IMG/VR virus record: IMGVR_UViG_3300008117_000049
Location: 1-64,000 of that record
From: a virus
Reading direction: 5' to 3' (one strand)
DNA length: 64,000 nucleotides
Of this stretch, positions 58,121 to 64,000 are shown piece by piece; the stretch's first letter is position 1, and each line of letters opens with the position of its first letter. A program made the position numbers and the translations under genes. The notes under the pieces are model-generated. The model was not told the DNA's origin, did not search any database, and was given only the letters and a program-made list of their open reading frames with translations.

Positions 58121-58157
58121 AAAAGAAAAACCCCTGCCAAAGCAGGGGCTTTTTTAT
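58121..58157. terminator. Bidirectional terminator ending the minus-strand lysin transcript
   Basis: CCCCTGC-CAAA-GCAGGGG with flanking A and T tracts. Confidence 0.8.
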
Positions 58158-58169
58158 TCCTTGTCGGGA

Positions 58170-58661
58170 CTAAGCCTTTTTAGTAGGAACAACTTTCTTG
58201 ACGGCTGCTGCTGCCTTAGCAACAACACCCTTCTTAGGTGCTCCATCAAATACTGCAAACAAATCACGCAAGTCTTCAATACCAGCGGTAATAAGGTTCT
58301 TCTTTACACCGTAAGTGACATGCAAATGATTTCCAGTTGAGGCGGTGCCAGTCGTTCCAACAAGACCGACGATGGTCTTTCCAGCCTCTACCTTGTCACC
58401 CTGCTTTAGAGTTGATGGTACTTGGAAGTGTGCGTAAAGAATGAAATGACCGTCGTAAGTAGACTGGATTAAGTAGTTACCTAGAACCTTAGTCTCTCCA
58501 ACTTCCATAACGGTTCCACCAGTAATAGCCTTAATCTTGCTACCACCAGGGACTGACCAGTCAACGCCACGGTGTGGGTTGGTTCTGTAAGAGGCGAAGT
58601 TCTTAAACTCGTCGCCACGCTTTGCCTTTGGAAAAGGCTCTACATAAATTGCTTCAGGCAT
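58170..58661 (-). CDS. M23 peptidase (endolysin)
   Basis: HRGVD, YAH, GTTGTASTGNHLH. Confidence 0.88.
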   Translation of the reverse strand: MPEAIYVEPFPKAKRGDEFKNFASYRTNPHRGVDWSVPGGSKIKAITGGTVMEVGETKVLGNYLIQSTYDGHFILYAHFQVPSTLKQGDKVEAGKTIVGLVGTTGTASTGNHLHVTYGVKKNLITAGIEDLRDLFAVFDGAPKKGVVAKAAAAVKKVVPTKKA

Positions 58662-58683
58662 TTATTTTTCCTTAATTAGTTAG

Positions 58684-59754
58684 TTATTTTTCTTCTGTGA
58701 TAGGCCCGCCAACAACCCAAGCAGAACAAGTTCTTGAAGCGGCGCACTTGAAATCAAATGCTTCGCAATAACCTAGTTCTGCTGTGTCAATAGCATCCCA
58801 CGCGTTTTGCTGACCAGAATCGCCAGCAGAAATTCCACCCTCGATACAGTCCAACATCTTTGGTGTGCGAATAAACATTACGCAGTTTCCGCACACACTC
58901 TTTTTTGCTTCAGCAACTGGAACATTCCAACGCTGTGCTTTTTCTATCCAGAACCCACTATTTGGTTCTTTAGGATTTAGTGGTCCATACCCAGCAGTCT
59001 TGATTGCTTTTTCTCTATTCTCTAGATTGATAGCAATATCTTGTGTTGCTGGTGGGCAGGAATCGTCGTCTAGGGCTGCTACCATCGACGCTAGTAATGG
59101 ACTAAGAGTTGATGCCTCTGAGTGCCTTGGGTGAAGTTTAGGAAGTAAGTCATTGTCTTGGACATACTTAGGATTGTTTGGCTTACCTGAACGAACAAGT
59201 TTTAGGAACGCATTTACACGAGCCATAGCCCACGAGTTGCGATTTTGGTCTGGGCGGTGTGAAGTTGAAAACGCACCTGCTCCACGACGATAGACGGCTT
59301 TTAGTTTTGCTAGCGTAACCTTGCGACCATTCTTTGCTTTGGCATTGTGGTCAGCAACTTTCTTTTCAAGAGCCTTAGTAATCTCGGCAGTAAAAGTAAC
59401 GCCTTTACCTGTGGAAGCAGAACCTTTTTTATTTTTGTCTGAGCCTTTTATTCTGTCTTTAGGTGGGGCTGGCTTAGAACCTGCTGTTGCTGTTATAACT
59501 ACTCCATCAGGGATTACTGCAAATCGGCACTTTCCGTCTGGTTCAACTTCAGCGTCAATAATGGCACACTCAGAGCCACCTCTGTAAAGAACGCAATTGG
59601 AACACTTTACTCCAATGGCAGCGACTTCGTTTGCTTCGGCAGATTCATAGCCAGCCCAAATGCCAGTCTCATCCTCGTTGAACTTGCCATACTTTTCAGC
59701 GAGTAGCAATAACGCATTGGCAAGGTCGCGTTCTTCTGGATTTAGATTGGGCAT
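58684..59754 (-). CDS. Multidomain protein with two Cys4 (HiPIP-like) motifs and a basic middle domain (leaderless)
   Basis: CSNC...C...GKC and CGNC...C...C..W; AVYRRG.GAF...W..ARVN.FL; TACAAT-N6-ATG. Confidence 0.6.
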   Translation of the reverse strand: MPNLNPEERDLANALLLLAEKYGKFNEDETGIWAGYESAEANEVAAIGVKCSNCVLYRGGSECAIIDAEVEPDGKCRFAVIPDGVVITATAGSKPAPPKDRIKGSDKNKKGSASTGKGVTFTAEITKALEKKVADHNAKAKNGRKVTLAKLKAVYRRGAGAFSTSHRPDQNRNSWAMARVNAFLKLVRSGKPNNPKYVQDNDLLPKLHPRHSEASTLSPLLASMVAALDDDSCPPATQDIAINLENREKAIKTAGYGPLNPKEPNSGFWIEKAQRWNVPVAEAKKSVCGNCVMFIRTPKMLDCIEGGISAGDSGQQNAWDAIDTAELGYCEAFDFKCAASRTCSAWVVGGPITEEK

Positions 59755-59783
59755 ACTTTTATTGTAAGACTTTTTGAAAACGG

Positions 59784-59978
59784 CTATTCGTCGTCTTTCT
59801 CCCGACGGATAGGAAAGGTTAGTACCCAAATAAGCAGGGTTACACCAATTAACTTGCCTACAATGTCTCTCGCTGAGCCTTCTAGAAGCACCCAACCGAG
59901 AGCAAGACCTAGTAGAGTCCACGCTTGGTCAAGTAGGTCTTTGAATAGTTCGCCGAGGAATTTAGTTAGTTTTTTCAT
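59784..59978 (-). CDS. Small two-TM membrane protein
   Basis: WTLLGLALGWVLLEGSAR. Confidence 0.65.
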   Translation of the reverse strand: MKKLTKFLGELFKDLLDQAWTLLGLALGWVLLEGSARDIVGKLIGVTLLIWVLTFPIRREKDDE

Positions 59979-60193
59979 TATTTATCTTCTTTCTTGCCAG
60001 CGAAGTACCCACCGATAATTCCGATAAGTCCAACGAGTGCGTTTTGTACCAGAGCAATTGCGTCTGGGTTGGTTCCTACTGCTTCGCCAGTTACCTGCTG
60101 GGCAGTCAGCATGGCTATATACTCACCAATTACAACTATGCCAATAAACACAAGTATGCCTAGGGTGATGATTAACATGAGTTTGTCTCTCAT
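59978..60193 (-). CDS. Small two-TM membrane protein (holin-like)
   Basis: Ends GLIGIIGGYFAGKK. Confidence 0.65.
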   Translation of the reverse strand: MRDKLMLIITLGILVFIGIVVIGEYIAMLTAQQVTGEAVGTNPDAIALVQNALVGLIGIIGGYFAGKKEDK

Positions 60194-60489
60194 TATTCTT
60201 TTTCTTTCTTCTTGGTTGGGATTACTTCGTCTGTGTCTTTTAGTTTGGTGGTCTGGCGGAAAGCAGCGTTGATTTCATCCTTAGTTAGTTTTCCGTCTTC
60301 TAGGAACGCTAGGGATAGAAGTTCTACAACCTTTGCAACCGCCATAATTCCACCCATGATTGCGCTAAACCAGATAGGAATTTCCACTCCGCTTACTGAG
60401 CCAGCAACTGAGCCAGCACCAATAACTCCTAGAGCAGAAGCAACGAATGTGGCTATTACTCTAAGAATTACATTTCCAAAGAGTTTCAT
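60193..60489 (-). CDS. Small membrane protein; paralog of 47408-47677
   Basis: Two TM helices plus DGKLTKDEINAAF. Confidence 0.65.
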   Translation of the reverse strand: MKLFGNVILRVIATFVASALGVIGAGSVAGSVSGVEIPIWFSAIMGGIMAVAKVVELLSLAFLEDGKLTKDEINAAFRQTTKLKDTDEVIPTKKKEKE

Positions 60490-63056
60490 TATTTTCTCCT
60501 ATAACTAGAACTTGAAGCCGCGGCTGTTGCCATAGCGGCTGTCTGGGCGATTTGTCCGACAACAAGTGTCGTTACAACTAATGTCTGAGCCTTTTCGCGA
60601 GCCTTTGGCGAGATGTCGGCTCCAACATTGCCAACAAGGTTGAATACAGCAACTACTGCCGCGGCTGCTTGTCCAACACCTGGGATATCGGCAATTGACT
60701 CGTCAAGAACAATGTCGTCTTGCTGGGCAGCAACTGCTAGGGCTTCTAGAGCCTGTTGATACTCTGGTGAGCCCTCAGTGGCTGTCTCAAAGGTTTCTAG
60801 GGCTGCCTCTACAAGTTGCTCTGCTTGTTCTGGGGTCAGGTCAGTTGGGACAACTTTGTCTAGTTCAACATCCATAAGGTCTTCAATAACTTCTGGAATA
60901 TTGGGGTCGCCCTCTGGCTCTGGTTCTGGCTCTGGTTCTGGAGTGTCTGCTATTACCTGCGCTTCTGACATAGCCTTGTTGAAATCATAAGAACTTGCTT
61001 CAACGGCTGATGCTTGAGAAACTTTTAGGTTTGTTTCTGCTGTCGTGGCCGAGGCTTCCATCTGTGACTTAGTGGCTAATGCTATAGATTCTTGGCCCTG
61101 GAAAGTTTGTAGATTTTGCTGTTCTGTGGCTAGTTCTGAGTTGGCTGTGTCCAATGCTGATTGAGCAGAGGTAAGGTCTGATTGCTTGTTATCTAGGGCT
61201 TCTTGTGCGTTATTGCGTAAAGTTATAGCATAAGACAACTCATCTTCAGCGTTATTCTTTAGTATAACTCGCCTTCCCTTCTCGTCAAGTTCTATCGCAT
61301 AAGCATCTGCTTTAATTTGCGCGAATGTCAGTGCTTCGTTGTAAGATAACTGCGCTTCTTGTAGTGGGGGAAGCAAAGCAGGGTCATTGATAAGTGGGGC
61401 TGTTGGTTGACCTAAGTAAGTAAGAGTTCCAACAATGTGCTTATACCAACCGCCACAAGGGTCGCCCCAAACGCCATTACTGGCAGAAATGGTTATTGAG
61501 TTGCCTTGTAGGTTTGGAACTATATTTATTCCGCACTCAGGGCGGTCTTTGGCTTCGTAGCGTAGAGAACTAGAAATAAATACTGCTCCGTCAGGGGCTG
61601 TGTAAGTTTTAGTCTGTCCCTCGTTGATAGCGACATCTAAGGTTCCCTCTACAAGAACTGGCTCTGTGGTGTAGTAGGTTTCATAGCGGTAGATTGTTTC
61701 TTCTCTGTAAGTAATTGTGGTGGTAGTGGTAGTGGCAGAAAGAGTTGGGTTCTTCATTTCTGGACCGTAGGTTCCATACCAATACCCGCCATCAAGTCCT
61801 GTAAGAATAACCTTGTAAGAATAGACAGTTGAATTTGGATTTACAGAAACGCTTCTGGTTGTCCAGTCGTGCCAGCCCTGTGGTGAGTTGTAAGACGCTC
61901 TACCGTTTTCTATTCCGTAAAGGTCATAAGTTATAACCTCTATCTTGTAGGTGTCCTGAATACCCCTGTTAGCATCTTGGTTCTTTACATCTACTGAAAG
62001 AGTAAGAGTGCCTGTAAGAGTTTCTTGCTTAGTGTAGGAAACGCTTTGGCTCATATACGAGAACTTGACAACGCCTTGGTTGATAGTTGGCTGTGAGCCT
62101 TGAGCACCTGTCCCAGCACCAGACCAAGTCGTGTGGTCTAGGGGTGGAAGAATGTTTTCGCTTTGTTGAGTGGTTGTAGTTACTTCTTCAACAATTATGG
62201 TTTCTGGAATTACTCGTATGTGTTCTTTTTGGTAAGTAGGTGCTGTCCAACTAGGGTCAGGAATAAGCAGAGTGTCATAGTTTTGCTGTGCTTCTAATAG
62301 TGCTTGTGCTTTATTGCTGGTGTTGATTTGGGCTGTGCTGAGTTCGCTGAAAGCATTGTTGGTGATGTTTATTTGATTAGTCAGTAAAGCGTCAGCAGAC
62401 GAGAGAGCCTGTTCTTTTGCTTGGACATCTGCCTTGACGACATTGAGATTAGTCAGTGAAGCGTCAGCAAGGGCTTTTGCTTGGTCTAAGTTGGTTTGTG
62501 CTGTGTCCCTTGTTGCTGTTTTATTATATACAGACTGCTGGGCTTCTTTGGCTAAAGACTGCTTGGCAAGATAGTCCTGAGTGGCTTTAGAAAGATTGAC
62601 TTGTGCTGTTTGATAGACGGCTAAGTCTGATTTGGCTTTGGCTATCTTGGCTTCTAGGTCTGCTATTTTGGCTTTGATATTGGCTAAGGCTGTGTCTAGG
62701 CTTGCTTGTAAGGCTGGGTCTGTGGCTTCGGTGGAGAGAGTTGCTAGTTTTGCCTTGTATTGTGATAGTGTGGTTTCAAGAGCAGAAATGTCTGACTCTG
62801 TAATGATTGGAGTTGCTAATGCAAATCGTGTTTGATTCTTTTGATTGGGGTAGTTATATAGTAGGTGTCCTGACACCTTTTGGTATTGCCCTTGTTGTGG
62901 CTGTAATTCAGACGCTATTCCAAAAGAAGAAGTAGCCGCCTGAGCCATACAAACTGGCGTAGAAAGAAATAGCACTGTCAGAGCAATCTGTGGTGCTTTT
63001 CTTTTTTTCTTGTTTTTTGAGTGCTCTCCCTCACCCCTGTTTTTCGGGGTAAGCAC
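60489..63056 (-). CDS. Large exported, membrane-anchored coiled-coil protein with lectin-like domains
   Basis: Signal-like N-terminus, long coiled coils, GYWYGTYGP and NGVWGDPCGGWYK segments, PE repeat, C-terminal hydrophobic helices; start uncertain. Confidence 0.65.
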   Translation of the reverse strand: MLTPKNRGEGEHSKNKKKRKAPQIALTVLFLSTPVCMAQAATSSFGIASELQPQQGQYQKVSGHLLYNYPNQKNQTRFALATPIITESDISALETTLSQYKAKLATLSTEATDPALQASLDTALANIKAKIADLEAKIAKAKSDLAVYQTAQVNLSKATQDYLAKQSLAKEAQQSVYNKTATRDTAQTNLDQAKALADASLTNLNVVKADVQAKEQALSSADALLTNQINITNNAFSELSTAQINTSNKAQALLEAQQNYDTLLIPDPSWTAPTYQKEHIRVIPETIIVEEVTTTTQQSENILPPLDHTTWSGAGTGAQGSQPTINQGVVKFSYMSQSVSYTKQETLTGTLTLSVDVKNQDANRGIQDTYKIEVITYDLYGIENGRASYNSPQGWHDWTTRSVSVNPNSTVYSYKVILTGLDGGYWYGTYGPEMKNPTLSATTTTTTITYREETIYRYETYYTTEPVLVEGTLDVAINEGQTKTYTAPDGAVFISSSLRYEAKDRPECGINIVPNLQGNSITISASNGVWGDPCGGWYKHIVGTLTYLGQPTAPLINDPALLPPLQEAQLSYNEALTFAQIKADAYAIELDEKGRRVILKNNAEDELSYAITLRNNAQEALDNKQSDLTSAQSALDTANSELATEQQNLQTFQGQESIALATKSQMEASATTAETNLKVSQASAVEASSYDFNKAMSEAQVIADTPEPEPEPEPEGDPNIPEVIEDLMDVELDKVVPTDLTPEQAEQLVEAALETFETATEGSPEYQQALEALAVAAQQDDIVLDESIADIPGVGQAAAAVVAVFNLVGNVGADISPKAREKAQTLVVTTLVVGQIAQTAAMATAAASSSSYRRK

Positions 63057-63064
63057 AAAAATTC

Positions 63065-63301
63065 CTAACTACCGGGCGACGGCTGTCCGTGTTGATTAGA
63101 CCAAACAACTTCACGAACATCTTCCAAAAGATTGAAAGACGCTTCTACCAATGCTTCGGTTTGAAGTAGTAGGTCTGCTTTAGAGTGTGGATAAAGTGGG
63201 TCAAGAAGTTGGTTATGAACCTCATTTATGACAGAAGTGGCTAATCTTATGCGACGCAAATTTGCTTCTACAAGAAGTTGATATTCGTCTAAGCCAGCCA
63301 T
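63065..63301 (-). CDS. Hypothetical helical protein (leaderless)
   Basis: TAAAAT-N6-ATG. Confidence 0.6.
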   Translation of the reverse strand: MAGLDEYQLLVEANLRRIRLATSVINEVHNQLLDPLYPHSKADLLLQTEALVEASFNLLEDVREVVWSNQHGQPSPGS

Positions 63302-63421
63302 AAATCAATTTTACCTTAGATTTTGTAAGCGATTTTTACTATACACATTTGGCTGACTTGTATAGTTTTTTGAGAAAACTATACAGGTTTTGTGGTCTTA
63401 TATTATAGAAAAAATGGTGAG

Positions 63422-63611
63422 ATACTGTGAGAAAAAATAGAAAAATAAAAAAGATTTGGGATAGTATCTAATGTATCTTTATTTTGGCCTATGTCCTAAT
63501 ACTATCGGGATATTTATATTTCTAAAAAAGATTTGCGATAGTATCCGAAAAGTGCTTTTTTCGGGATACTATTGGGTTTCACTAATTTATAAAAATGTTT
63601 TGCGATAGTAT
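63422..63611. repeat. Three tandem ATACTRTN-N30-GATAGTAT units in AT-rich non-coding DNA
   Basis: Units at 63422-63467, 63499-63544, 63566-63611; 23-bp direct repeat at 63446 and 63523. Confidence 0.7.
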
Positions 63612-63805
63612 GTGCGACCTATCTATACCTAAAAACCTAACTGATTGTTAATCCTATACGCGCATGCATGTGTGCATGGGGGTGGCGGGAAACACAGTCA
63701 GATAGATAATTAGATAGGATAGGTTTTTTAGGTGTGTTTAGGTAAGATAGGTTTTGTTTTTGTGATAGCATTTTTTCAAAGCCGATTAGATAGAAAAGAG
63801 TTCAA

Positions 63806-64000
63806 ATGAGTTTTCAAGGTTTAGACATTTCAGAAGAGCAAGCGTTCAAAGATTATATAAACATCAAGCGAGCAAATAACCGTGATGGCAGGATTTGTAT
63901 TTGTGGTCATGGTATGGGATTTCACACTTTCATAGATGCTCGTGGAATTCATAAGTGTAATGCTCAAAAACAGAGTTGCCCTTGTAAGTCTCCAAGACCA
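63806..64000 (+). CDS. Partial Cys/His-rich protein
   Basis: MSFQGLD...CICGH...H...C...CPC; runs off the window end. Confidence 0.55.
   Translation, partial: MSFQGLDISEEQAFKDYINIKRANNRDGRICICGHGMGFHTFIDARGIHKCNAQKQSCPCKSPRP

Noticed and set aside
58041-58340. 99-aa + strand ORF from the ORF track
   Set aside because: Runs through two terminators and antisense into the M23 gene; no credible RBS
63422-63611. Mini-CRISPR array reading of the repeats
   Set aside because: Units are short inverted 8-mers, not identical 23-47 bp direct repeats; only one 23-bp direct repeat pair

Overview
This window is a 64-kb segment of a large, AT-rich, tailed dsDNA phage, probably a siphovirus. Two WhiB genes, a DUF3039-like gene, an actinobacterial-style tmRNA and many leaderless promoters point to an actinobacterial host, probably a low-GC freshwater lineage (inference). 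Bases 1-19.4 kb hold the neck and tail module: a tail chaperone with a -1 frameshift, the tape measure protein and three very large repeat-rich minor tail proteins. Bases 20-35 kb hold replication and recombination genes (PolA, RuvC-like, SNF2 helicase, PD-(D/E)XK exonuclease, AAA ATPase, SSB-like, primase-helicase) with candidate modification and repair enzymes. Bases 36-44 kb hold a serine recombinase, an ABC-ATPase/GNAT fusion and a displaced minus-strand tail-fibre cluster. Bases 44-48 kb hold class II RNR, NrdH and WhiB. Bases 47.7-49.7 kb form an RNA island: tmRNA, a non-canonical tRNA-like cloverleaf and separately promoted structured ncRNA candidates. Bases 50-56 kb hold three DNA methyltransferases followed by an intact SAM synthetase (metK). 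Bases 58-63 kb hold an M23 endolysin, membrane proteins and a large lectin-like membrane-anchored protein. Bases 63.3-63.7 kb are non-coding with a tandem ATACTRTN-N30-GATAGTAT array. The best candidates for new biology are the set of unannotated structured RNAs, the MTase-MetK cassette and the N30-spaced palindromic array. All protein calls rest on motif recognition by eye; no database searches were run.
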